The position numbers and the translations under genes are program-made. From positions 256,001-320,000 of the forward strand of contig CAVZRV010000008.1 of NCBI GenBank assembly GCA_963777605.1: DNA of 64,000 nt, written 5' to 3'. The notes under the pieces were generated by a model, which saw only the letters and a program-made list of their open reading frames with translations, had not been told where the DNA came from and did not search any database. Source of the stretch: an uncultured Acidobacteriota bacterium (GTDB lineage Bacteria; Acidobacteriota; UBA6911; RPQK01; JAPXNP01). Below are positions 1 to 9,823 of this stretch, piece by piece. How positions within the stretch are numbered: position 1 is the stretch's first letter; every line of letters begins with the position of its first letter.

Positions 1-530
1 TGCTGAACTCAGCTTCCGCGATTTTCACGATGGACGTCTACCGCAGGCTGTTCAACCCGACCGCATCCCAAGCCCGTCTGGTCCGGCTTGGCCGCTTCAT
101 GACGGTGGTATTCGTGATCGTTGGCTGTCTCCTGGCCCCGTTCCTGGACGATCCCGAACTCGGTGGGGTGTTCCAGTTCATCCAGCAGTACCAGGGATAC
201 ATCTGGCCGGGAACGGTGGCGGCCTTTGTGGTGGGATTCGCTCTCAGCCGGGCTCCTGCGGCAGCAGGGGTCGCGGCTCTCGTCACCGGGCCGGTTCTTT
301 ACGGAATCCTCCAGCATTGGGCTGCTGACGTCCACTTCCTGATCCAGGTGGCCGTTGCTTTCGGCCTGGTCTGCGCGGTGATGGTCGTTATCACTCTCGT
401 CGCTCCACTCGAGGCTCCGCGAACCCTGCCGGTGAGAGCGGGCATCGAAATGCAAACTGAACCCGGAGTTTTCGTTTTAGGTGGAGCGGTCATCGTCGCT
501 GTCATTACCTTTGTTTTCTTCTTCCGCTAG
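1..530 (+). CDS. Sodium:solute symporter (SSS family), C-terminal part; 5' end outside window
   Basis: Frame is open from base 3 ([15 protein letters not shown], typical SSS motif), followed by several hydrophobic helices; TAG stop at 528-530. Confidence 0.85.
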   Translation, partial: LNSASAIFTMDVYRRLFNPTASQARLVRLGRFMTVVFVIVGCLLAPFLDDPELGGVFQFIQQYQGYIWPGTVAAFVVGFALSRAPAAAGVAALVTGPVLYGILQHWAADVHFLIQVAVAFGLVCAVMVVITLVAPLEAPRTLPVRAGIEMQTEPGVFVLGGAVIVAVITFVFFFR

Positions 531-616
531 CGTCCTGGAGAAAAAACCGTCCTGGACTTCGAAGTGGTTTGTTGTTGGCCAACGACTCGGCTAACGTAGA
601 AGCAGGAGCAAGGCCA

Positions 617-1618
617 ATGAAAGGACCCATTCTCACCATCGAGCGATTTGTCCAGGAGCGGCAACCAGGGCATGCCACCGGTGACTTCACGAAGCTTCTT
701 TACGACCTGGCGCTGGCGGCCAAGCTGATTGCATCCAAAACCGTCCGTGCCGGCTTGATCGATATCCTCGGCGAGTCGGGGGTCGTTAACGTTCAGGGCG
801 AGCGCCAGAAGAAGCTGGACGTTTACGCCGACGAAGCGATCGTCAAAATCTGCAATCACACGGGCCGACTCTGCGTGATGGCCTCAGAGGAAAGGGAGAA
901 GATCATATCGATACCGGAACCCTACCGGAAAGGAAGGTACGCTCTCGTTTTCGATCCGCTCGACGGTTCGTCCAACATCGACGTGAATGTCGGCATCGGT
1001 ACCATTTTCGGAATTCACCGCTGCGTTGACTGGCTTGGCCGGGGACGCCTTGAAGACGTCCTGCAGGCGGGGTCCAAACTGGTTGCCGCGGGATACGTGT
1101 TTTACGGATCCAGCACAATGCTCGTATACAGCACGGGTCAGGGGGTTCACGCCTTTACGCTCAACCCGGAACTGGGGGAGTTTATCCTGTCGAACGAGTC
1201 ACTCTCATTCCCCGAGCCTCCACAATACTGCAGCCTCAACAATGCGAGGAGGTGGTCCTGGGACTCCCGCGTCCGCGAACTCGCCGACTGGTTTCATGGC
1301 CGGGACGAGGACAGCCCTGAACTGTCAAGCCGTTACGCAGGTGCCCTGGTGGCTGACTTCCACCGCAACCTGCTCAAGGGAGGAATCTACTGTTACCCGG
1401 CCGAGGAGAACCTGGAGCAAGGCAAGCTCCGGCTGGTTTACGAAGCGGCCCCGTTGGCATTTCTGGCGGAACAGGCTGGAGGCGCGGCATCGGACGGACG
1501 TCGCCGAATCCTTGAGTTGCAGCCGGAAGCACTTCACCAGCGGACTCCGCTCTTCATCGGGAATCGTCACCTGGTTGAGAAGGCCGGGCAGATTCTCGCA
1601 AAGGGTCAGACCGGCTGA
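617..1618 (+). CDS. fbp: Fructose-1,6-bisphosphatase class 1
   Basis: Motifs [50 protein letters not shown]; ATG at 617 after AGGAG. Confidence 0.95.
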   Translation: MKGPILTIERFVQERQPGHATGDFTKLLYDLALAAKLIASKTVRAGLIDILGESGVVNVQGERQKKLDVYADEAIVKICNHTGRLCVMASEEREKIISIPEPYRKGRYALVFDPLDGSSNIDVNVGIGTIFGIHRCVDWLGRGRLEDVLQAGSKLVAAGYVFYGSSTMLVYSTGQGVHAFTLNPELGEFILSNESLSFPEPPQYCSLNNARRWSWDSRVRELADWFHGRDEDSPELSSRYAGALVADFHRNLLKGGIYCYPAEENLEQGKLRLVYEAAPLAFLAEQAGGAASDGRRRILELQPEALHQRTPLFIGNRHLVEKAGQILAKGQTG

Positions 1619-1699
1619 TGACTGCGCCATGGTCCTGGCCCAACTGCAATGGAGGCCTCCTGGGGAGTTCCAAGCGCCCTGATCACATCGAATGCTCTT

Positions 1700-1903
1700 G
1701 CCGGTCGCACAGATGGGGCGCTGTCCGGTGAGCGTTCCCAACTCTTCGAGTGCTGCCTCCAACCGGCCCAGTGTCTCCTCCAGGTCGGGCTGGGTATCCA
1801 GGAGTTCCAGCTCAAGACGCTGAGCGTTCACCATGATGAAGCAGGCACCCCAACCGATAGAAATTCCTTTCTCCAGAGAAATGCCTTGAAGAACTGATGA
1901 CAC
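1700..1903 (-). pseudogene. Possible remnant of a PTS enzyme I (PtsI/PtsP) N-terminus
   Basis: VLQGISLEKGISIG...DLEETLGRLEAALEEL resembles the PEP-utiliser N-terminal pattern (L.GI..S.GIAIG...E..RL..AL); similarity is lost after ~60 aa and the frame runs antisense into fbp; end coordinate approximate. Confidence 0.3.
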
Positions 1904-1964
1904 CCGGAGGGCCAGGGGATATCATCCTTGAAAACAATCGGATTGACCGGAAGGAGGAATCACC

Positions 1965-3959
1965 ATGGGAAGCAGGCGCGGAGCGTCCATATTGCATCGG
2001 TCCATGTGCAGACGTGCGGGGGCTTTCGGGAGGCGCTTTCATGGCGTATTTCCAATTGCAGCAGGGTTGATGTTGCTCGCACTACCGTGGGGGCTTTCGG
2101 GCTGTGCCGGATCCGGTTCAGGAGAAGGCACTCTACCGGTCACGGTTACTTTCGATTCATCCCTCGAAGCCGCGGAGAACACGCTTCGACTGGGGACCCC
2201 GGGAATCGAACTTCCGACCGACTGGACCGGGTACGAAGCACTCGTGATGGAACTCCGGGCCTCATCGCCGCAGCGGATGAGCTTGAAGATCTATAACAAA
2301 TCGGACGAATCAGGGAAACCGTCATACAGCCGGGTCCTTCTTCATCCTTATCCTAAAGTCTGGATTCGGGCCGCGATCCCGGTAGAACTCCTGACCGCTC
2401 CTCCCAGCACCGGTCACGACATGGCTGCAGTTGGGAACCGTTCCCGGCCGGGCTACTTCCTCGGATTGTGGGGGCCGTTCGTACCCCTGACTTCGGTCGA
2501 GTCAATCGGATTCGAAATGCAGAACCCGATCGGTTCTCCGACCCTGGAGATTCGTTCCGTCCGGTTGGAGAAAGTCTCACCGGGAGACGCTGTCCTTGAC
2601 GGATTGCCGCTGGTTGACGAATTCGGGCAGTACATCCACTCAGACTGGCCTGACAAGGCGAAGAGTGCGGAGCAGTTGGCGGCTGCCTGGTCGGATGAGT
2701 CGGCTAAGCTGGCACCGGGAGACTTCGGTTATTGCAGTTATGGTGGCTACACCAACACCCGGGCCAAGGCGACCGGGTTCTTCCGGGTTGAAAAGATCGA
2801 TGGCCGATGGTGGTTTGTGGATCCGGACGGCCACCTGTTTCTGTCTGCCGGAGCAGATGTAATGCGGCCGGACATGGTTACGAGAAGCCGCGGCCGAGAT
2901 GCGTTCTTCAAGGAACTTCCTCCGGGAGATCTCCGTTCCGGCCGCGGACGGGGGGATGACCCGGGCGTTTCGTTCCTGACCTGGAACATCTCTCGGCGTT
3001 ATGGATCCGACTGGCAGCCGGGCTGGGCGGACACGACCTTCCGACGAATGGCCGCGTGGGGCTTGAACACGGTTGGAAACTGGAGCGATCCCCGCCTTTG
3101 GGATGCTCACTTGATGCCCTATGTGATTCCTCTCTCCGGTTGGCAGACCGAAGTCGATTACCTCGGACTGCCCGACGTCTACTCCGAGGACTTCGTCCGG
3201 TTGTCGGATGAGAGGGCACAGGAACAGTGCGCGGGTCGCAAAGATGACCCCTGGTTGCTGGGCTACTTCCTGGCCAACGAACCGCCCTTCCCTCAGAAGG
3301 CCCGGCAGACCGTCGAACTGATCATGGCCGGACCGGAGACGGCGACCAAGCAGAAACTCAGCGACTGGCTGGCAGAGGCAGACACTCCAGAGCGACGTGA
3401 AGAATTCATCGGTGAGGCGCTCGATCGCTACATCCAGGTCACCAGCGCCGCGGTGCGGAAACATGACCCCAACCATCTGAACCTGGGGATGCGCAGCGGC
3501 GGCCATCCTACTGAATCCGAAATCCGCGCGGCACGGGCATTCGACGTGTACAGCGTCAATATCTACGACTACCAGGTTGGGCCCGAGCGGGTGCAGGCTA
3601 TCGCCAACCTCTGCGGCAAACCGATTCTGATCGGCGAGTTTCACCTTGGAACCCCGGGGCGCGGCCTGGCTGCGAGCCTGGTTCAGGTCCGGGACGCGAC
3701 CGAGCGGGCGAAGGGCTACCGGTTCTACGTCGAACAGGCCTTCTCGATTCCCGAACTGATCGGGACACACTGGTTTCAGTGGGCTGACCAGCCCTGTACC
3801 GGAAGGTTCGACGGCGAAAACTACAACATTGGATTCATCGATGTGACCGATCGTCCCTACGCGAACATGGTGGACGCCCTGCAGGAGACCCATCAGCGCC
3901 TTTACCGGGTGCACCTGGGGGAAGCGGAACCCTACTCGGAACGGCCGGCCGTTAACTAG
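1965..3959 (+). CDS. GH50-like beta-agarase family glycoside hydrolase, probable lipoprotein
   Basis: Motifs VDEFGQY, ATGFFRVEKIDGRWWFVDPDG, WGLNTVGNWS, GYFLANEP and IGEFH (two catalytic Glu), HWFQWADQP.TGR.DGENYNIG; lipobox-like LSGC; exact start uncertain. Confidence 0.85.
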   Translation: MGSRRGASILHRSMCRRAGAFGRRFHGVFPIAAGLMLLALPWGLSGCAGSGSGEGTLPVTVTFDSSLEAAENTLRLGTPGIELPTDWTGYEALVMELRASSPQRMSLKIYNKSDESGKPSYSRVLLHPYPKVWIRAAIPVELLTAPPSTGHDMAAVGNRSRPGYFLGLWGPFVPLTSVESIGFEMQNPIGSPTLEIRSVRLEKVSPGDAVLDGLPLVDEFGQYIHSDWPDKAKSAEQLAAAWSDESAKLAPGDFGYCSYGGYTNTRAKATGFFRVEKIDGRWWFVDPDGHLFLSAGADVMRPDMVTRSRGRDAFFKELPPGDLRSGRGRGDDPGVSFLTWNISRRYGSDWQPGWADTTFRRMAAWGLNTVGNWSDPRLWDAHLMPYVIPLSGWQTEVDYLGLPDVYSEDFVRLSDERAQEQCAGRKDDPWLLGYFLANEPPFPQKARQTVELIMAGPETATKQKLSDWLAEADTPERREEFIGEALDRYIQVTSAAVRKHDPNHLNLGMRSGGHPTESEIRAARAFDVYSVNIYDYQVGPERVQAIANLCGKPILIGEFHLGTPGRGLAASLVQVRDATERAKGYRFYVEQAFSIPELIGTHWFQWADQPCTGRFDGENYNIGFIDVTDRPYANMVDALQETHQRLYRVHLGEAEPYSERPAVN

Positions 3960-4080
3960 TGTCCTGGCACGCATCATATGACGCTTTCAGAGCCCCGCTG
4001 GTACTGCACATTCGCGCGCCTGGCAGTTGGCTGCTTCTCGCCTTGCTGACAGTGCCATATGATGCGTGACAGGACGCTAG
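3956..4080. mobile_element. MITE (~125 bp non-autonomous IS derivative) flanked by CTAG at both ends
   Basis: Terminal inverted repeats 3960-3980 (tgtcctggcacgcatcatatg) and 4056-4076 (catatgatgcgtgacaggacg) match 19/21; CTAG at 3956-3959 and 4077-4080. Confidence 0.75.
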
Positions 4081-4955
4081 AGCCTTGTGCCGCAGATCAT
4101 GCAGAATTGGGCGTCTTCGTCGTGGCCCTGGCGGCCACAGCCGGGACAATCTTCTTGCGACTGTTGCCGCCGGTAGGCCTGGGTCAGTTCCGCCGTCACG
4201 ATACCGGTTGGAACCGCGATGATCCCGTAGCCGAGAATCATCAGGAGCGCGGCGATGGTCTGGCCAGGCACGGTCTGAGGCGCGATGTCTCCGTACCCAA
4301 CGGTGGTCATTGTGACAATCGCCCAGTAGATCGCCCTCGGGATGCTGGTGAAGCCGCTGGTCGGTCCCTCGACGAGATACATAGTGGCTCCCACGGTTAC
4401 GACGACCGAGAGAACCGTCACAATGAAGACGGTGATCTTGTACTGGCTGGCTCGCAACGCTTCCCGGAGCAGGTGAGCTTCGCCGATGAAGCGCGTCAGC
4501 TTGAAAACCCGGAATATGCGAAGCAGTCGAAAGACCCGGATAACCAGCAGGGTTTGCGCCCCCGAGAAGGTGACACTGAGGTAGGTGGGGAGGACAGCCA
4601 GCAGATCGATGATCCCAAAGAAGCTGAGTCCGTACCGAATCGGGCGTCGGACGCTGGCGAGTCGGAACAGGTATTCGACCGAAAAGAGAATGGTGAAAAG
4701 CCACTCGATGCCGTAGAGAATAGATCCATACTCCGTTCGGATCTCGGCGACGCTTTCCAGCATGACGGCAACCACGCTAAGAACGATTGCACCCAGGAGC
4801 GCAACGTCGAAGGCCTTGCCTGCCGGCGTCTCCGCCTCAAAGATGATTTCGTAGATACGGCTACGTCCGGGAGAGAGAGGGCGTTCCTCCCGAACCGAGT
4901 GTCGGGCCGACAATAGAGGACGATCTTCGGGGTCTTGCAATCGACCAGTTCCCAT
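4077..4955 (-). CDS. Voltage-gated potassium channel (6TM ion transporter)
   Basis: S4 RVFRLLRIFRVFKL, selectivity filter TTVGYGD, C-terminal CxxC...CxxC zinc ribbon. Confidence 0.95.
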   Translation of the reverse strand: MGTGRLQDPEDRPLLSARHSVREERPLSPGRSRIYEIIFEAETPAGKAFDVALLGAIVLSVVAVMLESVAEIRTEYGSILYGIEWLFTILFSVEYLFRLASVRRPIRYGLSFFGIIDLLAVLPTYLSVTFSGAQTLLVIRVFRLLRIFRVFKLTRFIGEAHLLREALRASQYKITVFIVTVLSVVVTVGATMYLVEGPTSGFTSIPRAIYWAIVTMTTVGYGDIAPQTVPGQTIAALLMILGYGIIAVPTGIVTAELTQAYRRQQSQEDCPGCGRQGHDEDAQFCMICGTRL

Positions 4956-5209
4956 GGAATGCCATAACTCTACCCAAGAAACCTGACCGGGCCAAGAACC
5001 CGGCCATTGTTTGCGAAAATCGTGCTCTCAAAAAGCCTTCAAGTCCCGAATCTGGCCAGGTCGATCATTCCCCGCCGGGTGATCGGGAACCGGGAGGCTG
5101 AAATGGTGTAGGATTTCCAGACTATCGACGGCCTGCAGGCGGCGGTCCACCTTACTGCGACCGAAGCCGCGCGGGCGAAAACGGCAGAGTTTTCGTGGAG
5201 AGATCGAGA

Positions 5210-5995
5210 ATGAACGACGGCCTTGGGAACAGTGGTCCCGCCATCAGAACCTGGGAAGGCCAGTACCGTGTACGACAGGACGAGGTCGGAGCCAACGGTG
5301 AACTCCAGGTCCCCTCTCTCCTCAACTTTCTCCAGGACGCGGCGCTTCACCATGCAGAGGAAATTGGAGTCTCAATCCGCACAATGGAGCAAGAAGGAAA
5401 GGCTTGGGTCTTGCGGACGATCCGGGTCGAACTCGTGCGTCCTCTGATCTGGGGAGACGTGGTAAAGCTCCAGACCTGGCCGACTGGGATCAACGGTCTG
5501 CTCGCTTTCAGGGACTACCACCTGCTGAATCCTGCCGGCCAGATCTGCGTCCGGGCGGACAGTTCATGGCTCATGATCGATCGTGCCCGTCGCAGGCCGA
5601 TCCGCCTGCCTGCTGACTGGAAGTCCTGGAATTTCCCCGGCCGACGGGCGTTTAAGGAGCGACCGAGCGACAGGCTTGCAGCAGACGCGGATCGGCAAAC
5701 CGGAACCGCCCAGGTTGAGGCCTGGGACCTGGACTTCAACGGCCACGTCAATCACGTGCACTACATCGATTGGTTACTCAGGACTCTGCCCGAGGACCTG
5801 ACCGGAGAATTTCGGCTCAACGGAATGACGGCCACGTTTATCCAGGAAGCCGTACTCGGGGAGCAACTCTGCATCGAGTGCAGCCCTCTCCCCCAGGTGC
5901 AGGACTTCCGTGAACTGCAGCACAAGATCACGCGCCTCAAGGGGTCCGGTCTGGTGGTCGCAGCAGCCACGGCCTGGACTCCCGGTCAGGCTTGA
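5210..5995 (+). CDS. Acyl-ACP thioesterase (FatA/B-like double hotdog)
   Basis: LLNFLQDAA..H, WVLR, TWP, AFRDY, DLDFNGHVNHVHY motifs. Confidence 0.9.
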   Translation: MNDGLGNSGPAIRTWEGQYRVRQDEVGANGELQVPSLLNFLQDAALHHAEEIGVSIRTMEQEGKAWVLRTIRVELVRPLIWGDVVKLQTWPTGINGLLAFRDYHLLNPAGQICVRADSSWLMIDRARRRPIRLPADWKSWNFPGRRAFKERPSDRLAADADRQTGTAQVEAWDLDFNGHVNHVHYIDWLLRTLPEDLTGEFRLNGMTATFIQEAVLGEQLCIECSPLPQVQDFRELQHKITRLKGSGLVVAAATAWTPGQA

Positions 5996-6033
5996 CCAGT
6001 CGGACCGGGCAGACTCATCCGACCAGTCCGACT
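5995..6033. repeat. Degenerate 9-mer tandem repeat (gaccagtcg-like) between convergent genes
   Basis: gaccagtcg gaccgggca gactcatcc gaccagtcc gac. Confidence 0.5.
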
Positions 6034-6052
6034 CTTGCTCGCCCGGGGACGA

Positions 6053-8173
6053 CTACTTGTCCGACTTGTTGAACACCTGGTTACGGGCAAACTTGACCAC
6101 GTCGTAGGGCGCCGGCTGGCCACCGAGCCAACGGTGAAACCAGTCAAGGTGCGCGTTGTAGTAAAACGCCATCTCGTACCAGTTAGGCCAGTGTCCGGCC
6201 CCCGGAAAGACGACCAGCCGCGACGGGACGTCCATCTTCTGCAGGTCAGTGAAGAACTCGAGGCTCTGAGTATAGGGAACCCGGAAATCCTGCTCCCCGG
6301 TGATCACCAGACAGGGGGTTTTGAAATTCGTCACGAATTCGGAGGGGGACCATTTCAGGTAGAGATCGGACTTCCAGGGCGGTCCGCCAAGGTCTCGTTC
6401 CGGGAACCAGAGCTCTTCGGTAGACCCGTACATGGCGACGAGATCGTAGACACCCATCATGGATGCGATCGTCTTGAAGCGGGTCGTGTGTCCCTGAAAC
6501 CACATCATCATGTATCCGCCGTAGGACCATCCCATCGCCCCCATCCGGTTCTTGTCTACGTAGGGGAGTTCTTCGAGGGCGTCGGTGACCTTCATGAGGT
6601 CCCGGAAGACCCTCCCGCCCCAGTCCTTTCCGATCGCATCGGTGAAATCCTGGCCGAAGCCGGTGGAGCCGGTCGGATTGGGGAAAGCGACGACGTAGCC
6701 TTTCCCGGGGTAGACCTGCCAGTCACCCCGATAGGAATCCATCCACTGGGATTGCGGCCCGCCATGAACGTTTAGAATCAGCGGGTATTTCTTGGATGGG
6801 TCGAAATCATGTGGTTTCACGATAAAGACCTGAACCTTGTAGTCGCCGTCTCCCTGGACCCACATCTCCTCGGCGGGCCGGATATCGACCGACTCAACCA
6901 ATTGCCGGTTGAACTGGGTCAACTGTTCGCCTTTGTTCTCGCCCCAAACCGCTCTGAAGATTTCCGGAGGGGTCCCGATCGTTCTTCGGGAGTAAATCAC
7001 CGTCCGCCTATCGGGAAGGAATACCCAACCATCGATCGTCCCGTCATCGAGGACCTCTTCGATCTTCGATGAACCGAGCTGCATTCGGTAGAGCGGGTTC
7101 CGGCCGTGAACTTCACCCTGGAAATAGATGTGAGTCGAGTCGGGAGCCCACCCGATTTCGTCGATCCAGTTGTCGAAGTTTTCCCGGTCCGTGAGGTAGC
7201 GTACCGTTCCGGAAGTCCGATCGTAGATAGCAATTCGAAAGAGGTCGGACTCGTACCCCGGTGTGGTCTGGCTGCGGTAGGCGATGTACCTTCCGTCCGA
7301 GGAGTAGATCGGGCTGCCGTCCCACCCCCGGTTGGACGCAGTCAGGTTGACGGCGCTGGAGGGCCCGATTTCCTCGTCAAGCGGGACGACCCAGAGGTCG
7401 GCGTTGGTCGAGGAGGCCGGGTCCGCATCGTGATTGGAGACGTAGCAGATTTCCCGACCGTCCGGTGAGAAGTCGAAACCTCGGTCACCGGAGAGAGAAA
7501 ACGTTGGGCTGTCCCACTTGCCGGGGGTCAAGTCTTTGACCACCGCGCCAGAGTTCGGGTCAACCAGCAGAATGTGGGTGTACTTGCCGTCCCTCCAGGA
7601 GGTCCAGTGACGGTACAGGAGGGAATCGGCAAGGTGAACCTTGAGCTTCCCTTTGGTCATCGAGTCGACGTTCTTTCGGTTGCATTCGCCGTTGCTTCCG
7701 CACTCGGGGAAGACCTCGGCGGTTACGGCGATCCATCTCCCGTCCCGGGACCAACGCGGTTCCGACAGGTCGAGAGGGTAGTGGGTCAACTGGCGGGCCT
7801 CGCCTCCATCGATTGGGATCACGTAAAGCTGAGATAATCCATCGTTCCGGTCGGACAGAAAGAGGATCCGCTTGCCGTCCGGAGAGAAGACCGGTGAACG
7901 GTTGTTGTCCCGCCCTGTGGTCATTTGACGGAGGTCACTGCCGTCACTCTTCATCATCCAGATCTCAGACCAGGTCCGTCCCATTTCGAGTTCGTATTGA
8001 CGGACGGTGAACGCAACTTCCCCACTGCCGGGGTTGAAGACGGGAGCCCCGACAAAGGCGGTCCGATAGAAATCACTGATTTCGAAGGGAGCCCTGTCGT
8101 TCGCCGGCGCACCCAACATCGGAGAACCAGAAACGGTCAGAATTCCCAACCAGCAAGCGAGTCTCAATCTCAT
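6053..8173 (-). CDS. S9 family (prolyl oligopeptidase / acylaminoacyl) peptidase with signal peptide and PD40 propeller
   Basis: HGGP, nucleophile motif GWSYGG, DFRV and AGH triad residues, repeated FSPDG. Confidence 0.95.
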   Translation of the reverse strand: MRLRLACWLGILTVSGSPMLGAPANDRAPFEISDFYRTAFVGAPVFNPGSGEVAFTVRQYELEMGRTWSEIWMMKSDGSDLRQMTTGRDNNRSPVFSPDGKRILFLSDRNDGLSQLYVIPIDGGEARQLTHYPLDLSEPRWSRDGRWIAVTAEVFPECGSNGECNRKNVDSMTKGKLKVHLADSLLYRHWTSWRDGKYTHILLVDPNSGAVVKDLTPGKWDSPTFSLSGDRGFDFSPDGREICYVSNHDADPASSTNADLWVVPLDEEIGPSSAVNLTASNRGWDGSPIYSSDGRYIAYRSQTTPGYESDLFRIAIYDRTSGTVRYLTDRENFDNWIDEIGWAPDSTHIYFQGEVHGRNPLYRMQLGSSKIEEVLDDGTIDGWVFLPDRRTVIYSRRTIGTPPEIFRAVWGENKGEQLTQFNRQLVESVDIRPAEEMWVQGDGDYKVQVFIVKPHDFDPSKKYPLILNVHGGPQSQWMDSYRGDWQVYPGKGYVVAFPNPTGSTGFGQDFTDAIGKDWGGRVFRDLMKVTDALEELPYVDKNRMGAMGWSYGGYMMMWFQGHTTRFKTIASMMGVYDLVAMYGSTEELWFPERDLGGPPWKSDLYLKWSPSEFVTNFKTPCLVITGEQDFRVPYTQSLEFFTDLQKMDVPSRLVVFPGAGHWPNWYEMAFYYNAHLDWFHRWLGGQPAPYDVVKFARNQVFNKSDK

Positions 8174-8263
8174 GAACGATCCACCTCCTCATCAGCTCAA
8201 CGGGACCCGGCACCGACCCAATTCCATGATTCGGGAACCGGTTCTCCCCGGGTTCCCATTACT

Positions 8264-9457
8264 TCAGGGGTTGCTGTCCCGATTCCGCCTCCATTCGTCA
8301 ATGAATGTCTCCAGGTTCTCCCAAGTTCTGGGTTCATCGACGGTGAGGTTGTCTACCGGGCAAAGGACGAATCCCGACGGGCCAAGGACCTCGATCGCTT
8401 CTCTGACCGCAGACCGGACTTCGTCTTCCGTGCCCATCTCTACCGTTACTGCTCCCGATACTCCACCCCAGAGGCAGACTCGGTGACCGATCTCCCGCTT
8501 CATCCGGGGCATGTCGGTGTAGGTTCCCTGGACCGGATCAATACCAATCAGAACGTCGATCCCGGCCTCCAGGTACTGGTTCATCATGGGTACCGTGCCA
8601 CTGGAGCAGATATACCCGAACTTTGCACCGCAACTGTGGGCCAACTCCACTTCCCGCTGCAGTCTGGGGAGAACGTGCCGCCGAAAAAACGCGGGAGTCA
8701 CGAAATCACAGCCCTCGTACCATGCCCTCCGGATGACGAGGTCAACGGGTGACGACAGAAGCAGTTCCATTCGCTTCACGTTCCAGTCGTGGACAAGTCC
8801 GATCAAGGCATCAACGAATTCCGGAGACTCCATGCTGAGGATGGTCAGGTTCTGCATTCCGCAGAGCCAGTCCGCCATGTCGAGGCCGACGCCCCACCCT
8901 GCGGCCAGCAGCACTTTTCGCGCGTCGGCAAACTCCTGGGCTCTCTTGGACTCGGCCTGGTATTCGAGCCGGTCCTCCTCGGACGGGGGTGTCAGCAGGA
9001 ACTGGAGAGCGTCCAGGTCCTCAGGTCCGGTCACGAGAGGTTTGACGGCTCGGGGAACCTGGTAGTCGTCCACAAAGGGTACGTGGTCGCCGTGAGGCCA
9101 GTCGTCGGAGGGGTGAACTTCAGTGGAAAGGGTACCCGCCGGGGTGATGTATTCCTTGTGCAGAGCTTTTCCGCCCCCGGGTCTTGTCTCCTGCCATTCC
9201 CGGGTGGTTACCTCAGGGCAGAGCCGAACGGGCAACCCGCGGAGATCGGGATGCTCCATCCGGCTGGAGCGAGGTGCAGTTGGGATGAAAAGCATGGAGT
9301 CAAGGCCCATCTCCAACTCGGCATCTACCAGGGCGTACAGGTCTTCGTTAACGCGCTTGCGCTGGATCGTGAAGCTCATGAAGCAGCAGGGAATCCGGTC
9401 TGAGTCTTGGAAATCGATGGTTCTCCGCATCCGCTCTCTTGAATTCAACTGGCTCAT
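8264..9457 (-). CDS. Uroporphyrinogen decarboxylase / MtaA-CmuA superfamily protein
   Basis: MSQLNSRERMRRTI...DRIP N-terminus, TPAGTL, C-terminal VCLWGGVS...GTEDEVR...GFVL..V. Confidence 0.8.
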   Translation of the reverse strand: MSQLNSRERMRRTIDFQDSDRIPCCFMSFTIQRKRVNEDLYALVDAELEMGLDSMLFIPTAPRSSRMEHPDLRGLPVRLCPEVTTREWQETRPGGGKALHKEYITPAGTLSTEVHPSDDWPHGDHVPFVDDYQVPRAVKPLVTGPEDLDALQFLLTPPSEEDRLEYQAESKRAQEFADARKVLLAAGWGVGLDMADWLCGMQNLTILSMESPEFVDALIGLVHDWNVKRMELLLSSPVDLVIRRAWYEGCDFVTPAFFRRHVLPRLQREVELAHSCGAKFGYICSSGTVPMMNQYLEAGIDVLIGIDPVQGTYTDMPRMKREIGHRVCLWGGVSGAVTVEMGTEDEVRSAVREAIEVLGPSGFVLCPVDNLTVDEPRTWENLETFIDEWRRNRDSNP

Positions 9458-9517
9458 GGGTTTCCCCCTTCCTATCCGATGAGTCCGGCAGCCCTCCCAT
9501 AAAGATCCGGTGAATGA

Positions 9518-9618
9518 AGCTGAAACCCGCCGGTTTGGCTCATAACCCGGTTTTTAGCCATGGTGCATCGCCATGCTACATCATGTCCGGGAACCCGGCT
9601 AGCCGGTGGGTTAAAGCT
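9518..9618. repeat. Degenerate palindromic REP-like / IS200-IS605-end-like element
   Basis: agctgaaacccgccggtttggc is an imperfect inverted repeat of gctagccggtgggttaaagct, with an inner aacccggtttttagccatgg. Confidence 0.4.
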
Positions 9619-9823
9619 CAATATCGTATGATGTTGGGGACCGGACCGTCGGCGCAGGGGTCGGCGGATATCCTGTGCCGGGTATCCGGCAGGGTTTCCC
9701 GTCCGGGGAACCGGTCACTTCCATGACGGGATCAGACGCAGAGGGACCGACGCATATTCGTGCTGACGGACCAGCGCGGCTCGGCTTGGTTCCGGAACAG
9801 GTACCGGAAAGGAATCGGAAGCA

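Noticed and set aside
2640-3977. Long antisense ORFs (also 9860-11077, 11380-12594, 30723-32000, 33685-35010, 41926-43461, 56685-57821)
   Set aside because: They shadow well-supported genes on the other strand, lack motifs and are expected in high-GC coding DNA.
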